Origin: Ranitomeya imitator
Taxonomy: Eukaryota
DNA length: 64,000 nt
Direction of reading: 5' to 3'
Assembly (NCBI RefSeq): GCF_032444005.1
Contig: NW_027193546.1
Span: 434,001-498,000 of the forward strand
The translations under genes were made by a program, and so were the position numbers. Shown here piece by piece: positions 13,061 to 26,253 of this stretch; position 1 is the first letter of the stretch, and each line of letters starts with the position of its first letter. The notes beneath the pieces were generated by a model that was not told the origin of the DNA, ran no database searches, and saw only the letters and a list, made by a program, of their open reading frames with translations.

Positions 13061-13738
13061 GCTCTGGTGCCCCATGGAATGAAAGGTTTCCCCAGGAGGG
13101 CGGTGGTAAAGATGTTTAATGACTTGCTAAGGAATGGTCGCATGCAAAAACTCCAAGACTCGGACACCGTGCTGTCCCAGATTTTGGAGATGACGTGCAG
13201 TGACTTGGATTGGGAGGTGAAGGTGAACGCATTGGACCTGGCACATTCCTATATGTCCCAAACATTGGAGATGGGACCGTCCCTAACGTGCCCTTACACT
13301 ATAGGGCTGCCATCTAGCAGAAGCTCAGGTTCCATCTCCGACGCTCTGGTTACATGTGAATGAGTCGGGCTTTTTCCGGCCTTATTGACTTGTCTGTGTG
13401 ACTGTGACCGGTCAGTGGCATCAAAGGCGTGTGAAATCCTGCTCGCTGTGAAGCCCAAACTGTGCAATGGGGACACTGATCCCTCCGAAGAGTATGGAAG
13501 AGACTGGCTGGAGCACACGATAAAAGAGAAGCAAATGGCAGGCGGGGACGGTGCTGGGGACCGGCAGGGTCGCCCACCAGAATGGGCCACTGGGGTCATA
13601 AAGAAGATGGATTTGGATAACATAAAATGTTCCCTGCCGAAATACAGCGATTATGTACACGAGACTCCCCGGTCACTGCTGCAGGACGTCAAAGCCACCT
13701 TATGGGGGGAAGAAATGCACGATGCAGATTGCTACTGA
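13061..13738 (+). pseudogene. BRAT1: BRAT1 terminal-exon fragment with in-frame stop
   Basis: After acceptor TTCCTACAG: KGFPRRAVVKMF..DLDWEVK..CPYTIGLP..CE*VGLFP..DCDRSVASKACEILL..SDYVHETPRSLLQD..DADCY*. This matches the BRAT1 C-terminus as I recall it (GFPRRAV, DLDWEVR, DCDRPVAQKSC, DEADCY). TGA at 13361-13363 is in frame with both ORF halves. Confidence 0.85.
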
Positions 13739-14376
13739 TGCGGAAGTTTAAGGGACTTTTCTGCTGCAGATCTCATTGCGGAAATGCCTTTTGTGCTGTG
13801 ATTTGTAGTGGATCCAACCTGTTTTTTTCCTACAGTGTCCTACTGGGACCCAGAAGCCCTCCTGGCCATCCGACAGCTACTCAGGCCCCAATTTCGAAGA
13901 AGCACGTCCTGGTTATAAGAAAGCAAATGCCTTTGGCACTATAGAGGGTGATGTAGTAGGGATTATTTTTCTATTTTGGTTTGCTTCCAGTACAGTTTTC
14001 ACATTAAATCAGAACAATTAAAGAAAACAAACAAAAAAAAAACACGGCACATTCCTGTAATTTTCAATTAAAGCATAACATTTTATATAAACAATGCATA
14101 AAAATGTGTCTTTCTGGGTTGTGATTGGTACATGAGGTAATGGCATAAATTAACATTCAATCACCTGATGTTGATATGATGAAAAATCTCTCCTAATTTC
14201 ACTTGCTGCTTTCAACCGTGTATTGGGATTAACTGTGGGGGCATCATACATTGTGGAGAGTATGATCCACTCTGATCTGGCATGGTCATGACAATAGTCG
14301 GGATACCTGCCGCTACAGGGAAGGAAATTGTATATAATAAAGAAGCTGGAAAAATAATTGCAGAAACTGTACAATG

Positions 14377-14520
14377 GGCGGGAAATTCAAACTTCCCAAC
14401 AGTTCTGTGTTCAGCCAATCAGCAGAGTAAGGGAGGAGCTAATGATTCTGTAAGCCCCGCCCCGGATAGCGTCATCTCTCCAGTTCTCTCTCTGGTCCAT
14501 TCTTCCTCCATATAAAGGAG
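14377..14520 (+). promoter_or_regulatory. H4(+) promoter
   Basis: GCGGGAAATTCAAA, AGCCAATC, CCCCGCCC, GGTCC, CATATAAAGG in order. Confidence 0.75.
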
Positions 14521-14558
14521 CAGTCCCTGAGGCTCAGGAATCAGTTTTTGCTCATTGA

Positions 14559-14879
<321 letters not shown>

Positions 14880-14909
14880 TTGTGTTCTCTTCTGTCCTCA
14901 CAACCCAAA

Positions 14910-14925
14910 GGCTCTTTTCAGAGCC
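14910..14925 (+). terminator. H4(+) 3' stem-loop
   Basis: AAA-GGCTCTTTTCAGAGCC-ACCCA. Confidence 0.95.
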
Positions 14926-15706
14926 ACCCACATCTTCTAAGTGAGGGCTGCACCTGACTGCTAGGATCTGATTTCTCTGCTTTGGTGATGTCGCTGTAAT
15001 GTTAGAACACTCATCGGTGCCAACGTTACGCTCCGAATACTGAATAGTCCCAAGGATATCCTGACGTGGAAAGACTAAACGGCTTACCCGAAGCAGATCC
15101 CTCTACAGCTCTAATCAGGGGGGTGTTCAGGGCGGTTTCCAAATGTAGGTTAATATTCTGTCTAGACATTTAATATCCTGTTCTTATTGGGCGCTGATTA
15201 GTAGATTTATGGGGGATATATATCCGCACTGGGCCGCAGTGATAATTTCCTGATCAGATCCGTGTACAGGGAATGTGGCTGTAGGAGGCAGCTGGATAGA
15301 TGGACGCCCTGTGTGTCATCACATAGGGTACGGAGACTCCTATGTGATGACCACGTCCTGGACACTAATGTTTCGGGTGGATGGCGCCTCTGAAGACTAT
15401 TATAACCTCCTCAGAATAATGATGGGCTGTTTGAGGTCTGATAGCCACGGCTGCGCGTTTTGAGGTCCTGTCATGTATTTATATATATCCGGTGTGTGCA
15501 GTGTATGGGGGGACACAGGTGTTGGTTCTGTTCCCTACAGCTCCTGTCCTGTATATGTATATACAAAGCGTATACATTGTGTGCAGTGTATGGGGGACAC
15601 AGCGCTGCCGGGGCCTGGGGTGAAGGTGCCGCATCTGTGGATACTCTGGTAAAGAAAAGATCAGCTGGAAAACGGCACGTAAGAAGTTAAACGGGAGAGG
15701 AAAGAC

Positions 15707-16183
15707 GGGCAACAAAATTAATAAAGGGGATGGGAGAACTACAATACCCAGATAGATTAGCGAAATTAGGATTATTTAGTCTAGAAAAAAGACGACTGAG
15801 GGGCGATCTAATAACCATGTATAAGTATATAAGGGGACAATACAAATATCTCGCTGAGGATCTGTTTATACCAAGGAAGGTGACGGGCACAAGGGGGCAT
15901 TCTTTGCGTCTGGAGGAGAGAAGGTTTTTCCACCAACATAGAAGAGGATTCTTTACTGTTAGGGCAGTGAGAATCTGGAATTGCTTGCCTGAGGAGGTGG
16001 TGATGGCGAACTCAGTCGAGGGGTTCAAGAGAGGCCTGGATGTCTTCCTGGAGCAGAACAATATTGTATCATACAATTAGGTTCTGTAGAGGGACGTAGA
16101 TCTGGGGATTTATTATGATGGAATATAGGCTGAACTGGATGGACAGATGTCTTTTTTCGGCCTTACTAACTATGTTACTATGT
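15707..16183 (+). mobile_element. 5'-truncated CR1 LINE
   Basis: [29 protein letters not shown]... followed by 3' UTR and TATGTTAC tail. Confidence 0.92.
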
Positions 16184-16576
16184 ACATCACTGAAGGCTGA
16201 GCGTTACCAAGGTTTCTCGCTCATTGTCTGATCACAGAATCCGTTGGGGAATTTGAATTCCCCGCTCATAATCTCCGGAGGATTGTTACAGGTCACTGAT
16301 AGCGACAACCATCCCCCACCCCCTTACTGCGGGACCTGCTAACTACATGTAGACCTCAGCGCGGAGTATCAGACACTAAGAAGGGGACATTTCCTGCGAG
16401 CTTGGCAGACGACACTCCACCTGAGGGTCTGAGACTTCATGTGGGATTGACCCATTCATCTCCTGTTATTCTGTGGATATGTGCACCAACAATGGCGGCA
16501 ATGGTGTATGAACTATCAGCCTCATGCGAGGACCCCCGAGATAGGCGGCGCCGGCTCTTGTGGTGACGGTGTGGGT

Positions 16577-16592
16577 GGCTCTTAGAAGAGCC
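16577..16592 (-). terminator. H2A 3' stem-loop
   Basis: GGCTCTTCTAAGAGCC-ACCCA, HDE CAAGAGCC 24 nt further. Confidence 0.95.
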
Positions 16593-16621
16593 TTTGGTTT
16601 TGTAGAGATTGGCGGCAGCGC

Positions 16622-17014
16622 TCACTTGCTCTTGCTCGCCTTGCTGCTCTCGGTCTTCTTGGGCAGCAGCACGGCCTGGATGTTGGGCAGGACGCCCCCC
16701 TGGGCAATGGTCACCCCACCCAGCAGCCTGTTCAGCTCCTCGTCATTGCGCACCGCCAGCTGCAGGTGACGGGGGATGATGCGGGTCTTCTTGTTGTCCC
16801 GGGCAGCATTGCCGGCCAATTCCAGGATCTCAGCGGTCAGATACTCCAGCACAGCGGCCAGATAGACCGGAGCGCCGGCGCCGACTCTCTCAGCGTAGTT
16901 GCCCTTGCGGAGAAGCCTGTGCACACGGCCGACTGGGAACTGCAGTCCTGCCCGGGATGAGCGGGTCTTGGCCTTAGCACGGACCTTTCCTCCTTGTTTG
17001 CCGCGTCCAGACAT
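16622..17014 (-). CDS. H2A: Histone H2A (only copy in window)
   Basis: Canonical 130-aa [33 protein letters not shown]; upstream CTATATAAGG (minus strand) and CCAAT boxes. Confidence 0.99.
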   Translation of the reverse strand: MSGRGKQGGKVRAKAKTRSSRAGLQFPVGRVHRLLRKGNYAERVGAGAPVYLAAVLEYLTAEILELAGNAARDNKKTRIIPRHLQLAVRNDEELNRLLGGVTIAQGGVLPNIQAVLLPKKTESSKASKSK

Positions 17015-17805
17015 GATGCCGATAACTAATGACGGAAAATCGTGTAGAGAAGAGTCTGTGCTGTGTCGCCTTATATAGTCCGTTGCTCCGCCCTCCTCTC
17101 CTGTCGTTGGACGGATCTGAAGATGAAAATGGAGAAGAGTATTGGAGATCCACCAATGAGCTACAGAGGGCGGAGCTTATTATTGCTCCTTGCTCAAATG
17201 AGTTTCTCACCCAATAGAAAACGTTCGCTTTGGACAGAATAGATAAGGGGTGAAAACAGATATCTGTCCTGGAGCAGAAGGAAATGCAGAAATATTCTGT
17301 TGACTTGTTGTTTGCACTTGTTGGACTTGTGTCTTCTATCAGCCATATATTGCACTGACAGTCTGGCGGGTGAGGGGTTAATTCCTGTCAGGAGGAGGCT
17401 CCTCACTCACCCGCTTATTATCCTGTGCAGATCCCCTGTGGTGTCCGCGCTTATACTATCACAGCCTGACTGAGACAAGTCTCCTATGTTCTGCCCGGAG
17501 CCTGATGTGACGCTGCCGGGTCTCGGGTGGGGGAAGTCGCCGCTTCTGTAAAGCGAGTGTGTAGTGGGGGGTCAGCACACACGGACACTGAGGAGTTAAA
17601 TGGAGGCGGATATTCCTGTATCTGGGATTGGTCGGCGCCTGCGGATGTCTCTCGCTCATTGGCTGATTACAGATCCGTTGCTGGTTTTGAATTCCCCGCT
17701 CAGTTTCTGCTCTTTGTCCGTCGGGTTTATTACCGGCCCCTCTGCTGGAGCGGCGATCGCTGATAATACCGGGTCCTGTCATCCCAGCTGTCTGCCCCCA
17801 AACAC

Positions 17806-18700
17806 CTCCGTGTCCTTGACCTGAGTGCACACCATTATCCTTGTTCATGTGATTTTTTGCTTGGTGTAGCACCGGTTTACCAGATGACGTCTGACATCTT
17901 CGCATACGACGACGCAACCAGTTCCAGCATCTTATCGCAAGTTTCAAACTCAAGTGAATTCTTGAAAACCCCTCCCCATGAGTTGAGGACGAGGGACTAC
18001 GAGAAGGAGCGACGAAAATTAATCTCATATGATTTACACTGCATAACTTTGGCAGAACATCATAAACAGGGCAAGATCCCGAGAGGTCTTAGGTGCAACC
18101 TGCGCCCAACACTTTTTTCTGAAGATCCCGATTACTGTGACAAATACAAGAGAATACTAAATAAATGTTCTTTAGACATCATTATTCTGACCATTGAATT
18201 TCTACAAAAGGCTATTACGGAAACAAAGGACAGTATTAGAGCAATTGAAACACAACTATCTTCTACATTGGCATCCACAGACTCTTACTTTTCGCTGCTC
18301 CGGACAGTATTCCCTTCATCGCCTCTGGTTGCCTTGTAAATATTGTACATATTATATTTTATATTTTGGTGTATGTTTATTATTTTGTCTTTTTTGTTCT
18401 TATTCGTTTTCTATTACATATAATGTTATGTCACATACAGTTACTTATACTGTTTATTTGCTTTCCTAGTAACCCCATGAATAAGACCCGGGAGGGTCGA
18501 AACGTCGGGTTTCTATCTACGAATTATCACAGTGGCAATTGTTGACTTGTTTTCGTGAATAAATCTGGCATATACCTTTTGCATCATACCAGTTTCGAGT
18601 GTGCGGTATTTTTTCTTCTACTATTAACTTGACCACACGGTCTGTTTTACCAGCACCTCCGTGTCCTTGACCTGAGTGCACACCATTATCCTTGTTCATG
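17806..18700 (+). mobile_element. Truncated Penelope-like retroelement with terminal direct repeats
   Basis: ORF 17857-18339 has LH.ITLAEH..GKIPRGLR.NLRPTLF..KYKRILNKCSLDIIILTI, recognised as an amphibian PLE N-terminus. 47-bp direct repeat at 17803-17849 and 18654-18700; TGCCCCCAAACAC duplicated at 17793-17805 and 18699-18711; hammerhead-like motif. Confidence 0.65.
18471..18511 (+). ncRNA. Degenerate minimal hammerhead ribozyme
   Basis: AACCC-CATGAATAA-GACCC(GGGA)GGGTC-GAAAC-GTC-GGGTT: stems I and II, GAAA core and GUC triplet intact; CUGANGA box mutated. Confidence 0.5.
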
Positions 18701-19139
18701 CCCCCAAACACGGGCGGGGATCGGTCGCCATTATTACTCTGGGGAGGTTATAATAACCTTCATAGGCGCCATCCATCCGAAACATTAGTGTCCGGGACGT
18801 GGTCATCACATAGGAGTCTCCGTACCCGGTACACAGGGCGTCCATCTATCCAGCTGCCTCAGACAGCCACATTCCCTGTGAATATTCGCTGCCCTATTCA
18901 CCCCACACGGATCTGATCAGGAGAATATTACTGTACAGCCCATTTCCCTGTAAATCCGTGTTCTATTTATTTTATATATCAATAAGAAGAAACCGCATTT
19001 GTGCTGTGATGGGAGTCACCAGTACTTGGGGCATCTTACAGTCAGACTTGTGATCGGATCTCTCTGCACTGCAGTGGTTTTATCTCACGTCATATTAACC
19101 CTATGAGATCTATGGCATTCGTTTTACATTATTACATCT

Positions 19140-20145
19140 AGTGCTAGAGGATCCTATCCTGCAATTGTATTGGGATATTTCTCCCATGATTCGTTGTTCC
19201 CCTCCACATTCTCGGAACTTCTACATGTGGGCAAAACAGAATTCATTGTCTTTCCCACATCACACGCAACCCCCCAACGAACCTATCCATTACAGGAAAC
19301 GGCTGCCCACTCTCCTCAGTCCAAGTTCGCTGCCTCGGGGTAATCCTTGACACTCATCTCTCCTTCAAACCTCATATCCAAGCCCTTTCCACTTCCTGCC
19401 GCCTTCAACTCAAAATATTTCAAGGATCTGTAGATTTCTAAACCAAGAATCTGCAAAAACCCTAGTCTATGCCCTCATCATCTCCCGCCTGGACTACTGT
19501 AACCTCCTGCTCTGTGGCCTCCCCTCTAACACTCTCGCACCCCTCCTATCTATTCTAAACTCTCCTGCCCGACTAACCAACCTGTCCCCCGCTATTCCCC
19601 GGCCTCTCCCCTCTGTCAATCCCTTCACTGGCTCCCCATTACCCAGAGACTCCAGTACAAAAGCCTAACCATGACATACAAAGCCATCCACAAAATGTCT
19701 CCTTTATACATCTGTGACCTCCTCTCCCGGTACTTTCCTGCAACCTCCGATCCTCACAAGATCTCCTTCTCTACTCCCCTCTTATCTCCTCTTCCCACAA
19801 TCGCATACAAGATTTCTCTTGCGCATCACCCCTACTCTGGAACCCTCTACCACAACACATCAGACTCTCACCTACCATGGAAACCTTCAAAAAGAGCCTA
19901 AAGACCCACCTCTTCCGACAAGCCTACAACCTGCAGTAACCACCACTGATCGACCAGCTCTACCTTCACCTACTGTATCCTCATCCATCCATTGTAGATT
20001 GCGAGCCCTCGTGGGCAGGGTCCTCTCTCCTCCTGTACCAGTTATGACTTGTATTGTTCAAGATCATTGTACCTGTTATTATGTATACCCCTCCTCACAT
20101 GTAAAGCGCCATGGAATAAATGGCGCTATAATAATAAATAATAAT
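19140..20145 (+). mobile_element. L2-clade LINE 3' fragment (degenerate)
   Basis: Frameshifted LGVILDTHLSFKPHIQALSTSCRLQLK..AKTLVYALIISRLDYCNLLLCGLP; ends GGCGCTATAATAATAAATAATAAT. Confidence 0.8.
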
Positions 20146-21174
20146 ATTGCCCGAGAGCCGCCAGTCCTGACACTAGATGAAGCGGGGGAGGAAAAGTGAT
20201 AGAACAGAAGGACGATCAGTAACTGAGCAGGGATCCTGTGAGGAGGATGTGACGGCCGATAATGTAACTGCCTGACCTGTGAGATCCTGACACCACAGGG
20301 TAATGTTCTGAGCAGGGACACTCCGCAATCTTCTACACATGATCCTACATTTCCCATCACAGACCTCCTGCCTGCAGCCGTAGGACTGATCTGTAATGGG
20401 GAGACATGGTGGGATCTGCTGGGAAGGGCAGAATTGGTCTTCCCTGAAATGTCTCTTGTAGGATATGTCCCTGACCAGTATATCGTCTCCACAATACGGA
20501 TTGTGACGGGAAAGGGACGATCTGATCGTCTCCAGGTCAGACACACGGGAACATCACAGCATGTGGAGAACACGAATCATTCTCTATATCCATGAGAGGA
20601 AACCGGAGCGGATACAGCGCCGCTAACCTGGAAATCTGCAGATTCCTGTGTGGGATGTAAGAGACCAATGATCGCTCAACACAAGCAGATTTCCCGATAT
20701 CGGTCCTGGGACCAGGTGTTATATGAAGACAAAAGACGGAAAAAAGCGGGAACCGTAAACGTGTTACCATTGGAAACATTAGCTCCTCCCTCTGCTGATT
20801 GGCTGAACACAGGACGGTTGGGGGTTTGAATTTCCCGCCGCTTCTAAATGTAATGACGTCACTTACACTGTAAAAAGAATCCAGATTAGGCTCTAGATCA
20901 ACTCCACCACAAATGGCTCCTGTTACCTGAGAAACGAGAGTAATGAACTAATAAACGAGACCCCAGAATGCCGAGATCTGTGCAGCAAGGAGTTAAATAA
21001 GAAGTCCCTGAATACACATCAACTCGCTGAGCAATGCCCAGATTATTCCTGAGATTTTCTCACCATCTCCCTCGTCACCAGGCGCAGAGCCCCGGGCGGA
21101 GCGAGCAGACACCTCGGGGAGACGGGAGAGGACACCGGAGCAGTGTGGGTGGCTCTTATAGTGAGGGTGTGGGT

Positions 21175-21190
21175 GGCTCTTAGAAGAGCC
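21175..21190 (-). terminator. H2B 3' stem-loop copy 2
   Basis: GGCTCTTCTAAGAGCC-ACCCA. Confidence 0.95.
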
Positions 21191-21220
21191 TTTGGGGTGA
21201 GGAGCGGAGCACGGANNNNN

Positions 21221-21670
<450 letters not shown>

Positions 21671-22405
21671 TTATAGCCCGGCCATGCAGATGAGCACTGC
21701 TGTCAGACCGCCGTTCTATTGGGTGATGAAGTCATGTGACCAACGAGAACGTTAGACCACTGCAGCTGATTGGTGGTTTCCCAAATCATTGCTTCATCTT
21801 TGCAGCGGGGATGCTGTATAGCGATGCAAAACCCTGTATAATGCTCTATACATCTAAATAGTGCTGTGAAGCTCCATATACCGCAGTGCACCCTCATACA
21901 GCGCTGTATGTGTTCATGTTCTATTTACCCTTCATAGTGCTGTTATTCATCTGAATAGTGCAGAGTACCCCCATATACTGCAACCTACTGACAAATGACT
22001 GTGCCACATTATGCAGGCAGTTACAGTACAGCGCCCGACATGTTACACTCCGTATAGTGCAGTAATATCTCCAGATGGTGCTGGAAACCCCAGCTAGTCA
22101 GCTGTGCCAGGACTGCAAACCCTGTGAATTCAGTGAGATGTTTCGGTAGTAGCCGCACCCAGTTTTCTAGGAAGAGCCGGCTTCCCTCAGGAGCTGTGTC
22201 CCCTGTATAAACTGCACTTATCCCTCCTGTGTGTGTGATCTCAGTAACATGAAGCCGGATCAGTCACTTCAGCCACGAATCTCTGCTCTGTGGTGACCGC
22301 AGTACAGTGGAGCACGGATCGTGTATAGTGACCTCTATATACCGCCTGGTGCAGTGTGAACCATCAGTGTGATCAGCGGTGCGGCTCTTAGGAGGAGGAT
22401 GTGGG

Positions 22406-22421
22406 GGCTCTTAGAAGAGCC
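22406..22421 (-). terminator. Orphan stem-loop copy 2
   Basis: Identical to 1216-1231. Confidence 0.85.
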
Positions 22422-24030
22422 TTTGAGTGTGTGGACAGATGTGGAGGAGCGGAGTTTACAGTCCTGGCACAGCAGACTAGCCGCTTCCTGGATCTACGAG
22501 GAAACGGCCATTATCTGTCCCAATCACTGCACAAAGTCCTCCTTCAATAAGGGCTAATTTCCAGCTATCTGCAGATTATTCCGAGGCTGAGTTCTGCGAG
22601 CGACACTCAATTTGCACTGACAGTCTGGCGGGTGAGGGGTTAATCCCTGTCAGTGTTTCTCCTCCGCTCCATCTGCACAGGAGGCGGCTCCTCACTCACC
22701 CGCGTATTATCCTGTGCAGATCCCCTGTGGTGTCCGCGCTGATCCTATCACAGCCTGACTGAGACAAGTCTCCTATGTTCTGCCCGGAGCCTGATGTGAC
22801 GCTGCCGGGTCTCGGGTGGGGGAAGTCGCCGCTTCTATAAAGCGAGTGAGTAGTGGGGGTCAGCACACACGGACACTAAGGAGTTAATGGGGGCGGATGT
22901 TCCTGTATCTGGGATTGGTCGGCGCCTGTGGATGTCTCTCGCTCATTGGCTGATTACAGATCCGTTGCTGGTTTTGAATTTCCCGCTCAATCGCTTTTCT
23001 TTGTCCGTCGGATTATTACCGGCCCCTCTGCTGGAGCGGCGATCGCTGTGTATACCGGTGGGAGCAGCTCTACCCCGCTGATAATACCGGGTCCTGTCCT
23101 CCCAACTGTCTGCCCCCAAACACGGGGATCAGTCGCCATTATTATTCTGAGGAGGTTATAATAGTCTTCAGAGGCGACATCCATCCGACACATTAGTGTC
23201 CAGGACTTGGTCATCACACAGGAGCCTCCGTACCCGGTACACAGGGCGTCCATCTATCCAGCTGTCTCTTACAGCCACATTCCCTGTACACGGATCTGAT
23301 CAGGAAATTATCACTGCGGCCCAGTGCGGATATATATCCCCCATGAATCCATGTTATCTTTGTAGGTCAATGAGAAGAAACCGCATCACCCGAAGTCCGC
23401 GGTGAAAGACGGGGGAGCAGACACGGCCCCAGTATGTCAGGACCCGGGAGCATACAACTAGCACGTCCCAGGCTGAGGCCGGTACTACAGGCAGCCGCAC
23501 AGGGGATATTTTGCCCTGCAGAGACGCTGAGCCGGATACTAATCAATCAGCGCCCAATAAGAACAGGATCTTAAATGTCTAGACAGAATATTAACCTACA
23601 TTTGGAAACCGCCCGGAACACCCCCTGATTAGAGCTGTAGAGAGATCTGCTTCCAATAAGCCTTTCCACGTCAGGATATCCTTCGGAAACTGAATGTGTG
23701 GGAATATGGTTAAAGAGACCCTACTCCCAGATCATACACACACGGAATCCGTCGGGTACAAAACAGGATTTGCAAATAGGTCTCACAACCAAAAGCAGCG
23801 ACAGAACCATCCGCCCAAAAACGGCATCAGAGGACGTTACCGAACTGCGGATCAGGGTCAGAATTACCATTCCCCACAATTATTTGGCCGATGGTAGTTT
23901 TCGACTATTCAGTATTCGGAGCGTAAATTCGGCACCGATGAGTGTTCTACTAACATTACAGCGACATCACCACAGCAGAGAAATGAGATCCTAGCAGTCA
24001 GGTGCAGCCTCTCACTTAGAAGATGTGGGT

Positions 24031-24046
24031 GGCTCTGAAAAGAGCC
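24031..24046 (-). terminator. H4 stem-loop copy 2
   Basis: GGCTCTTTTCAGAGCC. Confidence 0.95.
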
Positions 24047-24076
24047 TTTGGGTTGTGAAGACAGAAGAGAACACAA

Positions 24077-24397
<321 letters not shown>

Positions 24398-24902
24398 TTA
24401 ATGAGCAAAAACTGATTCCTGAGCCTCAGGGACTGCACCTTTATATGGAGGGAGAATGGACCAGAGAGAGAACTGCAGAGATGACGCACTTCCGGGACGG
24501 GGCTTACAGAATCTACATTAGCTCCTCCCTTTCTCTGCTGATTGGCTAAATACTAAACTGTAGGGAAGTTTGATTTTCCCGCTCATTGCTCAGTTTCTGC
24601 AATTATCTTTCCAGCTTCTATTATGTGTAATTTCCTTCCCTTATGATTGAGGGTATCCTAAATATTGTCATTACTGTTCCAGATCATGGTGGATCATATC
24701 TTCCACAACAGATGATGCCCCCAGTTACCCTCCACACAGTATGATGCCTCCTACACAGTAAGATACCCACACAGCAGGATGTCCCCACAGTTACTGTGTG
24801 GGGGTATAATACCCCCAGTAACTCCCCAAACAGTATGATGCCCTAAGTCCCCCCCCCCACACACACACACTTTGATGCACCCACAGTTATCCCCTATACA
24901 AT

Positions 24903-25423
24903 GTAACATAGTAACATAGTTAGTAAGGCCGAAAAAATACATTTGTCCTTCCAGTTCAGCCTATATTCCATCATAATAAATCCCCAGATCTACGTCCTTC
25001 TACAGAACCTAATAATTGTATGATACAATATTGTTCTGCTCCAGGAAGACATCCAGGCCTCTCTTGAACCCCTCGACTGAGTTCGCCATCACCACCTCCT
25101 CAGGCAAGCAATTCCAGATTCTCACTGCCCTAACAGTAAAGAATCCTCTTCTATGTTGGTGGAAAAACCTTCTCTCTTCCAGACCCAAAGAATGCCCCCT
25201 TGTGCCCGTCACCTTCCTTGGTATAAACAGATCCTCAGCGAGATATTTGTATTGTCCCCTTATATACTTATACATGGTTATTAGATCGCCCCTCAGTCGT
25301 CTTTTTTCTAGACTAAATAATCCTAATTTCGCTAACCTATCTGGGTATTGTAGTTCTCCCATTCCCTTTATTAATTTTGTTGGCCTCCTTTGTACTCTCT
25401 CTAGTTCCATTATATCCTTCCTG
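24903..25423 (-). mobile_element. CR1 fragment, unit 2
   Basis: Same insertion as 3719-4233 but without the 6-nt deletion. Confidence 0.92.
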
Positions 25424-25842
25424 TGGATGTGATACCCCCAGAGCGTTCCAACCTCAGCGTAATGCAATGATAGACATTTGTTCATTTTCTGATGAAGAAC
25501 TTCCATAAATGGAGATTTGGAAGGACGAAAGAAGCAAGTGAAATTAGAAGAGATTTCCCATCATTTAATCACCAGATGATGGTACTTCATTTATGCCGTT
25601 ACCTCATGTACCAATTACAACCCAGAAAGACATTTTATGCATTTTTTTTTTATATAAAATATCATGCTTTAATGCAAAATTACAGGAACCTGCTCATAAT
25701 TGTAAAGTACAAATTAGTTTGTTGGTGTTTTTTTTTAATTCATTGCTTTAATGTAAAAACTGTACAGGCAGCAAGAGGGTTAAACACCAGTGTAACTGAA
25801 AAATAATCCTTACTACATCGCCCTCTATAGTGCCAGAGGCAT

Positions 25843-26253
25843 TTACCTTATACATTCGAGTATAATCTGAGATTTGCAGCCATTTTTTTTAGGCTGAAAG
25901 TGCCCCTCTCGTCTTATACTGGAGTCATTGTACCAGGGGGTCGGCGGCTGGCACATCATACTCACCTCATACTGGCGCGGTCTCTGCTTCTCAGATAGTC
26001 TCTGGCGCCTGCATCTCTTCCTGTAATGAGTGGTACCACGTGACCACTAAACAAAGTAATGAATACATACGTGGCTCCACTCCCACAGGCGTGGAGCGCA
26101 TATTCATTACTTTAATGAGCGGTACCATGACGAACACAGGAACAAGTTGCCGGCACCAGAGACCATCGGAGAAGCAGGGACTTGCAGAGACGCTGCCAGG
26201 AGGGTGAGTATGACGGGGGAGGGTGAGCCATGCATATTCACCTGTTCCGACGC
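25843..26253. mobile_element. Palindromic MITE-like element, unit 2
   Basis: Copy of 4652-5062. Confidence 0.55.

Larger units (their letters stand above)
17347..18940 (+). repeat. Diverged direct paralog of ~1423-2160, interrupted by the Penelope-like insert
   Basis: TGCACTGACAGTCTGGCGGGTGAGGGG... matches 1423 onward; resumes after 18700 with CCCCCAAACACGG..GATCGGTCGCC. Confidence 0.8.

Noticed and set aside
20173-20544. RHFREDQF resembling a THAP motif
   Set aside because: Lacks the THAP C2CH cysteine pattern and other conserved residues.
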